Shown: in pieces, positions 27,184 to 37,408 of the stretch
How positions within the stretch are numbered: the first letter of the stretch is position 1
How the letters are laid out: each line of letters begins with the position of its first letter
Made by a program: the position numbers and the translations under genes
The notes under the pieces: model-generated
Told to the model about the DNA's origin: nothing
What the model saw: the letters and a program-made list of their open reading frames with translations, nothing else
Databases searched by the model: none
Source of the DNA: an uncultured Candidatus Rokubacteria bacterium
GTDB lineage: Bacteria; Methylomirabilota; Methylomirabilia; Rokubacteriales; DASRDR01
DNA length: 64,000 nt
Assembly: GCA_963826115.1 (NCBI GenBank)
Contig: CAWGVS010000005.1
Coordinates: forward strand, 1,408,001 to 1,472,000
Reading direction: 5' to 3'

Positions 27184-28086
27184 TCAGTCCGGGCTCGAGC
27201 CGGGGATCGGCTGGGCGGCGGCCACCGCGAACTGGAAGACCACGTTCGCGGCGAGGATGCTCGACTGGGCCCGGCTGTCGGTCATCGGGTTGAGCTCGTT
27301 CAGAGCGAAGCCGCGCACGGACGGCGCCAGCGCGACCACCAGGTCCAGGAGGTCGCGGCTCGTGAGCCCACCGGGCTCGTGCCACCCGACCCCGGGCGCG
27401 TGGGCGGGGTCGAGGACGTCCAGGTCCACGCTCAGGAACACGTGGTCGGCGCCCGCGACCACCTCTCGGATCCGCGCGAGCGTCCAGTCGAGACCACGCC
27501 GGGCCATGATCGCCGCCGGCAGCTCGGTCAGCCCGATCTGGTCGATGAAGCGCTTGGAGCTCGGGAAGTTGAAGCTCCGCGTCCCCACCTGCACCGAGTG
27601 CCGCGCGCTGACGCGCGGAAGCTCGAGGGCGCGCCGCATCCCGCTCGACTGGCTGAACCGGCCCTGCGCGGGCGACTCGTCGAGGAGGTCCAGGTGGGCG
27701 TCGAGGTGCACGATCCCCACCGTGCCCGCCACCGCGTCGTGGACGCCCGCCACGGCGGGGAACAGGATCGAGTCGTCTCCGCCGATCACGGCGGGAACCA
27801 GCCGGCCGGCGGCCACCTCGGCGGTCTTCGCCCGCACCGCGGCGAGGGTCGCCACGAGGTCGTGCGGCACGATCGCCGCGTCGCCCGCGTCGATCAGCTG
27901 CTCCGGCCGCCACGGCACGACGCGGTCCTGGTCGACCCAGTAGATGTGGCCGTCCTGGACGCGCATCCGCATCCACGCGAGGTGCCGGCGGACCTCGTCG
28001 GGCGCGTAGCGCGCGCCGGGCCAGCCGAGGGTCGCGGCGCCGTCGTACGGGGCGCCGACGAGGGCGATCACCGTGCCGGATGCCAT
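27184..28086 (-). CDS. Ureohydrolase (agmatinase/arginase family), non-canonical
   Basis: GAPYD, GARYAP, DAGD, GGDDS, DAHLD, SVDLDVLDP, EPGG, ELNP. Confidence 0.88.
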   Translation of the reverse strand: MASGTVIALVGAPYDGAATLGWPGARYAPDEVRRHLAWMRMRVQDGHIYWVDQDRVVPWRPEQLIDAGDAAIVPHDLVATLAAVRAKTAEVAAGRLVPAVIGGDDSILFPAVAGVHDAVAGTVGIVHLDAHLDLLDESPAQGRFSQSSGMRRALELPRVSARHSVQVGTRSFNFPSSKRFIDQIGLTELPAAIMARRGLDWTLARIREVVAGADHVFLSVDLDVLDPAHAPGVGWHEPGGLTSRDLLDLVVALAPSVRGFALNELNPMTDSRAQSSILAANVVFQFAVAAAQPIPGSSPD

Positions 28087-28105
28087 CGGCTCCCTTCTCT
28101 CTCCC

Positions 28106-28969
28106 TCACCAGGACACGCAGACGATCGCGGCGAGCGTCACGACGGCGCCGGCCGTCTGGCGCGCCGTGAGCCGCTCTCTCAGCAGCAGGCACGCCAGCA
28201 ACACGGTCGACGCGGGGTAGAGGGAGGACAGCACGCCGGCCACGTCCAGCCGGCCGGCCCGGGCGGCCAGCACGAAGAACGCGTTCCCGCCGGTGTCGAG
28301 CAGGCCGGCCAGGCACGTGAGCCCGAGCGCCGACCGTCCCGGCATCCGGAGCGCTCCCATCGCGCCGCCCACCACGCCCAGTACGGCCATCGAGGTCGCC
28401 CGCGCCGCGGTCAGGGGCCACAGGACCGTCGCCCCGCCCGCCTGGTGGATGAACACGAGGAACAGCCCGAAGCTCGCCCCCGCCAAGGCCGGCAGCCAGA
28501 GCTCCCGGAGCGCAGTCCGCCCGGGCCCACCGCCGGCCGAGGTGAGCAGCCACACGCCGGCCAGGGCCAGGGCGAAGCCGAGGAAGCGGAGCGGACCCGG
28601 CGAGCCGTGAAGCGCGGTCCCCACCAGCACGGGCACGACGGCGCCGACGACGCCCGACACGGGCGCCGCGATTCCCATGCGCCCCGACGCCAGCGCCGAG
28701 TAGAGGGCCAGAAGGCCGAAGGCGCCGTTGGCGCCGGCGAGGGCAGCCCACCCGAGCTGGCCGATGGACGGCGCCGCCTCCTGCATCGCCACCGCGAGCA
28801 CGACGAGGAGCGCGATCCCCACCGCCTGCGACGCGACGACCACGCCGGCGGCGGGCGCCCGCCGGCTCGCCAGGCCGCCGCTGAAGTCCCCGGCTCCCCA
28901 GCTCGCGGCCGAGGCGAGCCCGAGCGTGACCGACCCGAGCCCGCCCGCTCCCGCCGGCTCGCCCGTCAC
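28106..28969 (-). CDS. DMT/EamA family transporter
   Basis: WGAGDFSGG, GRMGIAAP, SSLYPASTV, LLRERL; about 10 TM segments. Confidence 0.88.
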   Translation of the reverse strand: MTGEPAGAGGLGSVTLGLASAASWGAGDFSGGLASRRAPAAGVVVASQAVGIALLVVLAVAMQEAAPSIGQLGWAALAGANGAFGLLALYSALASGRMGIAAPVSGVVGAVVPVLVGTALHGSPGPLRFLGFALALAGVWLLTSAGGGPGRTALRELWLPALAGASFGLFLVFIHQAGGATVLWPLTAARATSMAVLGVVGGAMGALRMPGRSALGLTCLAGLLDTGGNAFFVLAARAGRLDVAGVLSSLYPASTVLLACLLLRERLTARQTAGAVVTLAAIVCVSW

Positions 28970-28987
28970 GGGGCGACGGCTCCCGTT

Positions 28988-30622
28988 CTAGTGGATCGAG
29001 AAGTCCTCGGCCTTCTCCGTGATGAACTCGAGGAGCGCCGGGACGCCTTCCTCGGTCTTGCGGATCGCCCGGCGGATGGCGGGGACGATCTCCGAGGGCT
29101 CGGTGACGCGCTCGCCGTGGCCGCCGAAGGCCTTGGCCATGTCGGCGTAGTGGCCGGAGATGTCGGTGCTCCGGTACTTCTCGGTCGACACCTTCATGAT
29201 CTTGAGCTCGATCGCCATCGAGAAGTTGTTGAGGAGCACGGACAGGATCGGGATCCGCTCGCGCACCGCGGTCTCGAAGTCCATCCCGGTGAAGCCGATG
29301 GCGGCGTCGCCCCAGACGTTGATGCACAGCTTGTCCGGGTGGGCGAGCTTCGCGCCCATGGCGAGCCCGAGGCCGTAGCCGAGCTGCGTCGTCTTCCCCC
29401 AGCCGATGTAGGACAGGGGCGTGGTGCACTCCCAGAACGGCGAGAGCTGATCGCGCGGGCTGCCGGCGTCGTGGGTGATGATCGTCCGGGAGACGTCCAC
29501 GGTGTGCATGAGATCCCAGATCACCCGGTACGGGGACAGCGGCTTGGTCGCCTGCGTGAGGCGCGGCATCCACTGGCCGAGCCACGCGGACTTCGCGTCG
29601 CGGATCCGCTCGGTCACGGATCCCGACCGCCCGCGCGGCTTCCCGTGGAGCCGGTCCTTGATCTCCACGAGGAGCGCGTCCAGGACCAGGCCCGAGTCGC
29701 CGATCAGCGCGTGGTCCGCCCGCAGGTCCTTCGAGAGATCGGCGGGGTCGATGGTCGAGTGGATGATCCGCTTCCCGCGCGGCATCTTCACCCCGTAGTT
29801 CGTGGTCGAGAAGCTGCAGCCGATCCCGAAGATCACGTCGGCGTCATCCAGGAACTGCCGCACGGCCTTCGGCACCGAGCGCCCGCCCGAGCCGAGCGAC
29901 AGCGCGTGGTTCTCCGGGAACGCGCTCTTCCCCTCGAGGCTCGTGGTGACCGGGCACTCCAGGAGCTCCGCGAGGGCGCGCAGAGCCTCCCACGCCTTCG
30001 CGTAGTGGACGCCCTGGCCCGCATAGATGACCGGCCGCTCGGCCGCCACCAGGACGCGGGCCACCTCGCTGACCGCCACCGGGTCCGGGCCAATGCGCGT
30101 CCGGAGGGCCGGCACGTAGTCGAGCGGCTCCGGCACCTCCTCGGTCATGAGGTCGACCGGGATCTCGACGAGGACCGGCCGCGGCCGTCCATTCCGCACC
30201 TGCGTGAACGCCCGCCGCATCGCGTCGGGGATCGTGTCGGCCATGACCACCTGCTCGGCCGACTTCACGACGTGCTGGTAGTTCAGGAAGGCGTTGAAGT
30301 TCGGCGGGACGTTGGTCAGGCGGCGCGGGTAGCCGCCGGGGATCACCACGATGGGCACCGAGTCGGCGTAGGCCTGGGCCACGCCGCCGAACGAGTTCTC
30401 CACGCCCGGGCCGTGCTGCATGGCGAACACGCCGATGCGGTCGCCGGAGGTGACCCGGCTCACCGCGTCCGCCATGTGGAGCCCGGTGCGCTCCTGGCGG
30501 ACGATGATCGTCCGGATGTCGGCCTGCGCGGAGGCCTCGATGACGGTGTTGACCGGGTACCCGATCAGGAACTGCACTCCCTCGCGCTTCAGGATCTCGG
30601 CGACGGCGGCGGCGCCCTTCAT
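28988..30622 (-). CDS. Thiamine-diphosphate-dependent enzyme (acetolactate synthase-like superfamily)
   Basis: VRQERTG, HGPGVEN, GRPRPVLVEIP, ThDP motif GDAA...LLNN; GAGGAGG upstream. Confidence 0.9.
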   Translation of the reverse strand: MKGAAAVAEILKREGVQFLIGYPVNTVIEASAQADIRTIIVRQERTGLHMADAVSRVTSGDRIGVFAMQHGPGVENSFGGVAQAYADSVPIVVIPGGYPRRLTNVPPNFNAFLNYQHVVKSAEQVVMADTIPDAMRRAFTQVRNGRPRPVLVEIPVDLMTEEVPEPLDYVPALRTRIGPDPVAVSEVARVLVAAERPVIYAGQGVHYAKAWEALRALAELLECPVTTSLEGKSAFPENHALSLGSGGRSVPKAVRQFLDDADVIFGIGCSFSTTNYGVKMPRGKRIIHSTIDPADLSKDLRADHALIGDSGLVLDALLVEIKDRLHGKPRGRSGSVTERIRDAKSAWLGQWMPRLTQATKPLSPYRVIWDLMHTVDVSRTIITHDAGSPRDQLSPFWECTTPLSYIGWGKTTQLGYGLGLAMGAKLAHPDKLCINVWGDAAIGFTGMDFETAVRERIPILSVLLNNFSMAIELKIMKVSTEKYRSTDISGHYADMAKAFGGHGERVTEPSEIVPAIRRAIRKTEEGVPALLEFITEKAEDFSIH

Positions 30623-30667
30623 CGATGGCCTCCTCGGGGCAAAGGTGACGACGGCACGGGCGGATGA

Positions 30668-30701
30668 TAGCACGCCGATCGCGCCGCAAACCGGCGTGCT
30701 A
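30668..30701. promoter_or_regulatory. 10-bp perfect inverted repeat running into the divergent extended -10 elements
   Basis: TAGCACGCCG-N14-CGGCGTGCTA; the arms continue as TGcTACACT (+) and TGcTATCAT (-). Confidence 0.5.
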
Positions 30702-30770
30702 CACTACCGATCACACCAGCAGCCGGGGCGGCTCGAGACTCAGGCGCCGCGTGCGCCAGCGAGGACGACG

Positions 30771-31841
30771 ATGGCTCACCCGATCCGGATCATCCGCGCG
30801 ACCGAGCGGAAGCCCAAGCCGAAGGACTCCGAGCTGGGCTTCGGCACCGTCTTCACCGACCACATGTTCGTGGCGGACTTCCAGGAGGAGAAGGGCTGGT
30901 ACGATCCGCGGATCGAGCCGTACGGCCCGCTCTCGCTGGACCCGGCGGCCGCCGTCCTCCACTACGCGCAGGCGATCTTCGACGGGCTCAAGGCCTTCCG
31001 CGGCAAGGACGGCCGGGTGCGCCTCTTCCGGCCCCAGAAGCACATCGCGCGGATGAACCACTCGGCCCGCCGCCTCTGCATCCCGGAGCTCGATCCCGAG
31101 CTCGGCCTCCAGTCGCTCGTGGAGCTGGTGCGCGTCGAGCAGGACTGGGTGCCGTCGAGCGTCGGCACCGCGCTCTACCTCCGGCCCACGATCATCGCCA
31201 GCGAGCCGTTCCTCGGCGTCCGCCCGGCCAAGCAGTACGTCTACTTCGTGATCCTGTCGCCGGTCGGCGCCTACTACAAGGAAGGCATGAACCCCGTCAA
31301 GATCCGCGTCGAGGACAAGTACGTCCGGGCCGCGGAGGGCGGGACGGGCGGCGCCAAGACCGGTGGCAACTACGCGGGGAGCCTGCTGGCCGCCGAGGAG
31401 GCGCACCACGACGGCTTCACGCAGGTGCTGTGGCTGGACGGCGCCCAGCGGAAGTACGTGGACGAGGTCGGCACGATGAACATCATGATGCGGATCGGCG
31501 ACGAGGTGCTGACGCCCCCGCTCACGACCGGCACCATCCTCCCCGGCGTGACGCGCGACTCGGTGCTGACGCTGCTCCGCGAGTGGGGCGTCCGCGTGTC
31601 CGAGCGGCCGATCGCGATCGACGAGGTGATCCAGGCCGCCCACCGCGGCACGCTCCGCGAGGTCTGGGGCACCGGCACCGCCGCGGTGATCTCGCCGGTC
31701 GGCGAGCTCGCCTACAAGGGCGAGCGTCTCGTCATCGGCAGCGGGCAGATCGGCGAGCTGACGCGGAAGCTCTACGACGCCATCGTGGACGTCCAGTACG
31801 CGCGGGTGCCGGACACCCGCGGGTGGACCGTCGCGATCTGA
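30771..31841 (+). CDS. ilvE: Branched-chain amino acid aminotransferase
   Basis: LGFGTVFTDHM, LHYAQAIFDGLKAF, LYLRP, AKTGGNYA, EVGTMN, ILPGVTRDS, GTAAVISPV. Confidence 0.95.
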   Translation: MAHPIRIIRATERKPKPKDSELGFGTVFTDHMFVADFQEEKGWYDPRIEPYGPLSLDPAAAVLHYAQAIFDGLKAFRGKDGRVRLFRPQKHIARMNHSARRLCIPELDPELGLQSLVELVRVEQDWVPSSVGTALYLRPTIIASEPFLGVRPAKQYVYFVILSPVGAYYKEGMNPVKIRVEDKYVRAAEGGTGGAKTGGNYAGSLLAAEEAHHDGFTQVLWLDGAQRKYVDEVGTMNIMMRIGDEVLTPPLTTGTILPGVTRDSVLTLLREWGVRVSERPIAIDEVIQAAHRGTLREVWGTGTAAVISPVGELAYKGERLVIGSGQIGELTRKLYDAIVDVQYARVPDTRGWTVAI

Positions 31842-31922
31842 CCCGCCCTTCCCCCGGGCCGGGACGCTCGCGTCCCCGCGCCGCCGCGCGTCGACGCCCG
31901 GGATCGCGCTCGGAGGTCGCTC

Positions 31923-33542
31923 ATGGCGTATGAAGGCCCGCGGTCCCATCGCCCGCTGATCATCGGACGGCGGGGCGCCGTCGCGTCGAACCACCCGCTC
32001 GCCACCCAGGCGGGGCTCCTCGCGCTCCAGGCCGGCGGCAACGCCGTCGACGCCGCGGTGGCGGTGGCCGCCACCCTCTCCGTGGTCGAGCCGTACATGT
32101 CGGGCCTCGGCGGCGACGGCTTCTACCACGTCTACCTCCGCCGGTCCGGCGAGGCGGTGGTCTTCAACGGCACCGGCCCCGCGCCGCGCGCGGCCACGCC
32201 CGAGCGCTATGCCCGGGGCATCCCGGCGGCGGGCCCCCTGGCCTTCTCGGTGCCCGGGTCGGTCGGCGCGTGGGGGGCGATGCACGCGCGCCACGGGCGG
32301 CGCCCGTGGGCGTCGCTTCTCGAGGCGGCCATCCACTACGCGCGGGACGGCTACGGCGCGACGCGCGCCTGCCGCCACTTCGCCGGCGAGCAGGCGGGGG
32401 CGCTCCGGGCCGACGCGCGGAGCGCCCGGGTGTTCCTGCGTGACGGCCGCGCGCCGGCCGTCGGAACGCCGATCGTCCAGGCGGACCTCGCCCGCACGCT
32501 CGAGGGCCTGGCCTCCGCGGGCGCCGAGGACTTCTACCGCGGCGGCCTGGCGCGAGCGCTCGCCGCCGGGTGCCGCGAGGCGGGCGCCCTCGTGACGGCC
32601 GACGACCTCGCCGCCTTCGAGCCGGAGATCCAGGCGCCGATCGAGCTCGCCTACCGCGGCTACACCGTCCGGCAGGCGCCGCCCAACTCCATGGGCTGGG
32701 TGCTGCTGGAGGAGCTCGGGATCGTCGAGCACTTCGACCTCGGGGCGATGGGCGCCCTCTCCGCCGACCTGGTCCACACGCTGGTCGAGGCGAAGAAGCT
32801 CGCCTTCATCGACCGCGAGCGCTGGAGCGGCGACCCTCGCTTCGTCGACGTGCCGATCGCCGAGCTCCTGTCCCCCGCGCACCTCGGGCGCCGGGCCGCG
32901 GAGATCGACCCGAAGCGCGCCGCGCCGGCCGGAGCGTGGACCGCCGCGGTCCCCGGCGACACCACGTACTTCTGCGTCGTCGACGGCGAGGGCAACGCCG
33001 TCTCCGGCATCCAGAGCATCAACAGCGCGTTCGGCTCGGGGGTGACGGCGGGCGACACGGGCATCCTCCTCAACAATCGGATGACGCCGTGGCACCTCGA
33101 GCCGGGCCATCCGAACCGCCTCGCGCCCGGCAAGCGCGTCCGCCACACGATGAACCCGCCCATGGTGTTCCGGGACGGGGAGCTGTGGGCCGTCTTCGGG
33201 ACGCCGGGCGGCGACAACCAGGTGCAGATCAACCTGCAGATCCTCACCGCGATGATCGACCTCGGCTACGACTCCCAGCAGGCGGCGGAGATGCCGCGCT
33301 GGAGCAGCACGCAACCGGGCCAGGAGGCGAACTGGCCTCACGACTGCCCGGACGCCCTCAACATGGAGGCGCGGTTCCCGGGAGATGTCCGGGCGGAGCT
33401 GGCCGATCGCGGCCACGCCGTGGTCGGGCTCGGCGACCTCGACGGCCCCTGCTCCGTCGAGATCATCCGCCGCGACGCCGACACCGGCATGCTGCTGGCC
33501 GGCTCCGACCCCCGCCGCGACGGCTGGGCCCTCGCGTACTGA
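31923..33542 (+). CDS. ggt: Gamma-glutamyltransferase family protein
   Basis: GGNAVDAAVA, SGLGGDGF, VPG, PPNS, nucleophile GDTTYF, GILLNNR, PGKRVRHT, GTPGG, SDPRRDG. Confidence 0.93.
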   Translation: MAYEGPRSHRPLIIGRRGAVASNHPLATQAGLLALQAGGNAVDAAVAVAATLSVVEPYMSGLGGDGFYHVYLRRSGEAVVFNGTGPAPRAATPERYARGIPAAGPLAFSVPGSVGAWGAMHARHGRRPWASLLEAAIHYARDGYGATRACRHFAGEQAGALRADARSARVFLRDGRAPAVGTPIVQADLARTLEGLASAGAEDFYRGGLARALAAGCREAGALVTADDLAAFEPEIQAPIELAYRGYTVRQAPPNSMGWVLLEELGIVEHFDLGAMGALSADLVHTLVEAKKLAFIDRERWSGDPRFVDVPIAELLSPAHLGRRAAEIDPKRAAPAGAWTAAVPGDTTYFCVVDGEGNAVSGIQSINSAFGSGVTAGDTGILLNNRMTPWHLEPGHPNRLAPGKRVRHTMNPPMVFRDGELWAVFGTPGGDNQVQINLQILTAMIDLGYDSQQAAEMPRWSSTQPGQEANWPHDCPDALNMEARFPGDVRAELADRGHAVVGLGDLDGPCSVEIIRRDADTGMLLAGSDPRRDGWALAY

Positions 33543-33568
33543 GCGGTCGCGTCCGCGGCAAGGCCCCC

Positions 33569-34537
33569 GTGAAGCTGGTCATCCAGATCCCCTGCCGCAA
33601 CGAGGAGGCCACCCTGCCCGCGACGCTGGGTGAGCTACCAGCGGAGCTCGACGGCTTCGATGCCGTCGAGTGGCTCGTAATCGACGACGGCAGCACCGAC
33701 CGCACGAGCGAGATCGCGCGCGCCCACGGCGTGCACCGCGTGGTCCGGTTCACGGAGTGGCACGGGCTGGCACGCGCGTTCGAGGCGGGCATCCAGGAGG
33801 CGCTCGCGATGGGCGCCGACGTGATCGTCAACACCGACGGCGACAACCAATACCGCGGGGCGGACGTCGCCCGCTTGGTCGAGCCCATCCTCGAGCGTCG
33901 CGCCGACATGGTCGTCGGAACCCGGCCGATCGCGGACATCGAGCACTTCTCGCCGCTCAAGAAGCTCCTCCAGCGGCTGGGCAGCGGCGTCGTGCGCGGG
34001 CTGTCGAGCACCGACGTGCCTGACGTGACGAGCGGGTTCCGGGCATTCACCCGCGACGCCGCCCTGCGCCTCACCGTGCTCACCAGCTTCAGCTACACGC
34101 TGGAGACGATCATCCAGGCCGGCCAGAAGAACATCGCGATCACCCACGTTCCGGTGCGGACGAACGAGAAGCTCCGGGACTCGCGCCTGGCCAGGAGCAC
34201 CGCGGGGTACGTCCGGCGCTCGCTGACCACGATGCTCCGCGTCTGGATCCTCTACCAGCCGCTCCGGTTCTTCCTGCCCATCGCGGCCCTGTTCCTCATC
34301 GCGGCGTTCGCCCTCTCGCTCCGCTTCTTCGTCATCTGGGTGGAGAAGCCGGTCGGCACGGGCCACGTGCAGTCCCTGGTCGTCGGGGGGGTGTGCGCGA
34401 TCATCGGCGTCCTCTTCGTCGCGCTCGGGGTGCTGGCGGACCTGACGGCCATGAACCGACGGCTGATCGAGGAGATCGTCGTCAACACGAGGGCGGTCCG
34501 CGTCGAGCTCGTTCGTCGCCGCGACGACACCCCGTGA
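33569..34537 (+). CDS. Glycosyltransferase family 2 (DPM-synthase-like) with C-terminal TM segments
   Basis: IPCRNEE, IDDGSTD, NTDGDNQY, DVTSGFRA; two C-terminal TM segments. Confidence 0.9.
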   Translation: MKLVIQIPCRNEEATLPATLGELPAELDGFDAVEWLVIDDGSTDRTSEIARAHGVHRVVRFTEWHGLARAFEAGIQEALAMGADVIVNTDGDNQYRGADVARLVEPILERRADMVVGTRPIADIEHFSPLKKLLQRLGSGVVRGLSSTDVPDVTSGFRAFTRDAALRLTVLTSFSYTLETIIQAGQKNIAITHVPVRTNEKLRDSRLARSTAGYVRRSLTTMLRVWILYQPLRFFLPIAALFLIAAFALSLRFFVIWVEKPVGTGHVQSLVVGGVCAIIGVLFVALGVLADLTAMNRRLIEEIVVNTRAVRVELVRRRDDTP

Positions 34538-35478
34538 GGCGGTCCTCCTGGCCCCTGCTGCTGCAGCTCCTCGTCTCCGTCGCGCTGCTGGCGCTCCTCG
34601 CCCGCCAGGTCCCGGTCGCCGACACGCTGGCGGCGATGGGGCGTCTGCGGGCCGGCACCTTCGCGGCCGTGCTCGGTCTCGTCTTCGTCTCGTACGCGGG
34701 CCGCGCCTGGCGGTGGGGCGGGCTGCTCGCCCGGGCCGGGGTGCCGGTGAGCGGCGTGACGACGTACTGCCTGACCCTCGCGGGCGTGGGCTACGGCCTC
34801 GCGACGCCGGGGCGCGTCGGCGAGTTCGCCCGGATCCTGCATCTCGACGCCCCGCGCTCTCGGACGCTCGCCTCGGCCGTCTGGGACCGCCTGACGGACG
34901 TCCTCCTCCTGGAGGCGATGTCCCTGCCGGCGTTCCTGCTGGTCCCCGCCTGGCGGCGGGGTCCGGTGCTGTGGCTCTTCGCGGTCGTCGTCGCCGCCAC
35001 GCTGGGCGCCGTGGTCGTCCTCGAGAGCGCGTCCACGCAGGCGCTCCTCGTGCGGATGTTCCCGTTCGCGGCAGGCCGGCTCGCGCGCTGGCGCGACGCC
35101 TCCGCGGGCACGCTCCTGAGCCGCGCCTTCGCGGCCGGCCTCGCGGGCGGCCTCTTCTACTACGCGTTCAACTTCGCGGCCGCGTTCCTGATCCTCCGGG
35201 ACCTCGTGCCGGCGGCGCCGGCGGCGCTCGTCCTGACCTTTCCGGTCATCCCGCTGCTCGGCAACCTGCCGATCGCGTTCAGCGGGCTCGGCCTGCGCGA
35301 GCAGGCGAGCGCGGCGCTCTTCGGCGCGATCGGCGTCGGCGCCGCGGCGGGGCCGGCGTTCTCCCTCCTCCTCTTCACGACGACGACGCTCGTTCCCGGC
35401 CTCCTGGGCCTCGTGCTGGCCACCACCCCGTGGGCGCGACCGGCGCCCGCGGGGCGCGCACGGCCGCCTGCGCGGTAG
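34534..35478 (+). CDS. UPF0104 / lysylphosphatidylglycerol synthase TM-like flippase
   Basis: RAWRW, TPGRVGE, DRLTD, LPIAFSGLGLRE; GTGA overlap with the GT2 gene. Confidence 0.85.
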   Translation: MRRSSWPLLLQLLVSVALLALLARQVPVADTLAAMGRLRAGTFAAVLGLVFVSYAGRAWRWGGLLARAGVPVSGVTTYCLTLAGVGYGLATPGRVGEFARILHLDAPRSRTLASAVWDRLTDVLLLEAMSLPAFLLVPAWRRGPVLWLFAVVVAATLGAVVVLESASTQALLVRMFPFAAGRLARWRDASAGTLLSRAFAAGLAGGLFYYAFNFAAAFLILRDLVPAAPAALVLTFPVIPLLGNLPIAFSGLGLREQASAALFGAIGVGAAAGPAFSLLLFTTTTLVPGLLGLVLATTPWARPAPAGRARPPAR

Positions 35479-35488
35479 GCGACCGAAG

Positions 35489-36580
35489 CTACCGGGTCTT
35501 GCCCCGTCCCGCGATCGGCCAGACGGCCTCCACCCGGCCGGCGCGCACGGCGTACAGCTCGTCGTGGAGGAACATGGTCGAGTCGCAGTAGCCCGCGACG
35601 AACTCGACGCGATCCCCCACCCCGGGGGTCGCCGACGGGGCGGCGAGCTCGACCGTCGCGTGCTCCGCCGAGACGTTGAGCCGCACGACGGCGCCGAGCC
35701 CGACGGGCTCGGGCGGCGTCGGGTAGACCGCCATGCTCTTCCAGCCGGCGTCGCAGACCAGGCGCGTCGGCGTCGGCCGGCTGGCCACGGTCGTGAGGAG
35801 CGTGAGCGCCTGCCGGTGCTCCACTCCATAATGCGTCCGGTAGTGCACGTCGCCGAAGATCCCGCCCCCGGCCTGCACCTCGGTCACGCCGGGCACGCGC
35901 GCCGCGATCCAGTAGGTGCCGGTGCCGCCGCAGCTGACGATCTCGACCGGCAGGCCGGCGGCGCGGCACGCGTCCGCGCTGGCCGTGAGCTGGCCGAGCG
36001 CCGCCTCGATCGCCCGCCGCTTCTCCGCGGGGTCGGCGAGGCCGGCGAGGCGTCCGCCCTCCCAGGCCATGAGGCCCGAGAACCGGAGCTCCGGCCGGGC
36101 ACTCACGCGCCGCGCGAGGGCCACCACCGGCTCCCCGGGCTCCACGCCGGCCCGGTTCATCGCGATGTTGACCTCGATGACCACCCGGATCGGCGCGCCC
36201 GCGCTCCGGCCGGCCGCGGCCAGGGCCTCGACGTGCGCGTCGGCGTCCACCGCCACGATCGGGTCGGCGCGCCGCCGGAGCGAGGCCAGTCGCGCCATCT
36301 TCTCGGCGCCGACCAGCTGGTTGGCGATCATCACGTCCCGGATCCCCGCGGCCGCCAGCACCTCCGCCTCGCCGAGCTTGGCGCAGGTCACCCCGGAGGC
36401 GCCGGCGTCCAGCAGCATCCGGACCACCGCCGGCACCTTGATCGCCTTGGTGTGGGGCCGCCAGGCGACGCCCGCGTCCGTCACGATCACCCGCCGCATG
36501 GTCGCGACGTTCTCCTCGAGCTTGTCGAGGTCGACGAGGAGGGCGGGCGTGTCCAGCTCGGCGACCGGGCGCCCCGTCAC
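35489..36580 (-). CDS. DSD1/D-threonine aldolase family fold-III PLP enzyme
   Basis: LDTPALLVDL, RPHTKAIK, CAKLGEAE, RAGV, GGTGT, EVQAG, DAGWKS, SAEH; GTGA overlap with the permease gene. Confidence 0.9.
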   Translation of the reverse strand: MTGRPVAELDTPALLVDLDKLEENVATMRRVIVTDAGVAWRPHTKAIKVPAVVRMLLDAGASGVTCAKLGEAEVLAAAGIRDVMIANQLVGAEKMARLASLRRRADPIVAVDADAHVEALAAAGRSAGAPIRVVIEVNIAMNRAGVEPGEPVVALARRVSARPELRFSGLMAWEGGRLAGLADPAEKRRAIEAALGQLTASADACRAAGLPVEIVSCGGTGTYWIAARVPGVTEVQAGGGIFGDVHYRTHYGVEHRQALTLLTTVASRPTPTRLVCDAGWKSMAVYPTPPEPVGLGAVVRLNVSAEHATVELAAPSATPGVGDRVEFVAGYCDSTMFLHDELYAVRAGRVEAVWPIAGRGKTR

Positions 36581-37404
36581 TTGAGCACGCTCGCCGTCAT
36601 GCCGCGGATCAGGCGCTCGGAGAAGAACACGTAGATCGCGATGATCGGGAGCACCGAGATCATCATCCCGGTCGCGATCATGCCGATGTCCTGGAGCTGG
36701 TCGCCCATGAACTTCATGATCCCGAGGGGCAGCGTGCGCTTCTCGTCCTCGGTCAGGAGCACCACCGCGTAGAGGAACTCGTTCCACAGGTCGATCAGGT
36801 TCAGGATGACCGTGGTCGCGATGGCCGGGAGTCCGAGCGGCACCGTGATCCGCCAGAAGAGCCCGTAGTCGGAGCACCCGTCGATACGGGCGGCGTCGAA
36901 GTAGTCCTGCGGGATCTGCGCGAAGAAGCTCTCCAGCAGGTAGAAGGTCAGCGGCAGCTGGATCGCCGCGTAGACCAGCATCACGCCCATCCGGGTGTTG
37001 AACAGGTGGTACTCCACCAGCACCTGGAAGAGCGAGATGATCGTGAGCTGCGGCGGGAAGATGATCGCGCTGAACAGCGCCATGTGGACGAAGCGGTTTC
37101 CCCGGAACCGGTACCGGGCGAGGCCGTGAGCCACCATCGAGCCGACCAGCGTGACGAGCGCCACCGCCGTCAGGACGATCACCGCGCTGTTCCAGAAGTA
37201 GGTGCCGTAGTTCGACGTCGTCCAGGCCGCCGCGTACTTCTCCCAGTGGATCGGCCACGGCGCCCCGTAGGGGTTGGCGCTGATCTCCGACGTCGTCCGG
37301 AGCGACATGGTGACGAGCCACGCCACGGGCCCGCCCGCCAGCATCGTGTACGCCGACACGGCGAGGAGAATGAAGAAGCGCGTGGCGCCTCGCGGCCAGC
37401 GCAC
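36577..37404 (-). CDS. Carbohydrate ABC transporter permease
   Basis: EAA-like 'DAARIDGCS', WNEFL, TLPLG; 6 TM segments. Confidence 0.92.
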   Translation of the reverse strand: MRWPRGATRFFILLAVSAYTMLAGGPVAWLVTMSLRTTSEISANPYGAPWPIHWEKYAAAWTTSNYGTYFWNSAVIVLTAVALVTLVGSMVAHGLARYRFRGNRFVHMALFSAIIFPPQLTIISLFQVLVEYHLFNTRMGVMLVYAAIQLPLTFYLLESFFAQIPQDYFDAARIDGCSDYGLFWRITVPLGLPAIATTVILNLIDLWNEFLYAVVLLTEDEKRTLPLGIMKFMGDQLQDIGMIATGMMISVLPIIAIYVFFSERLIRGMTASVLK

Positions 37405-37408
37405 GGCG

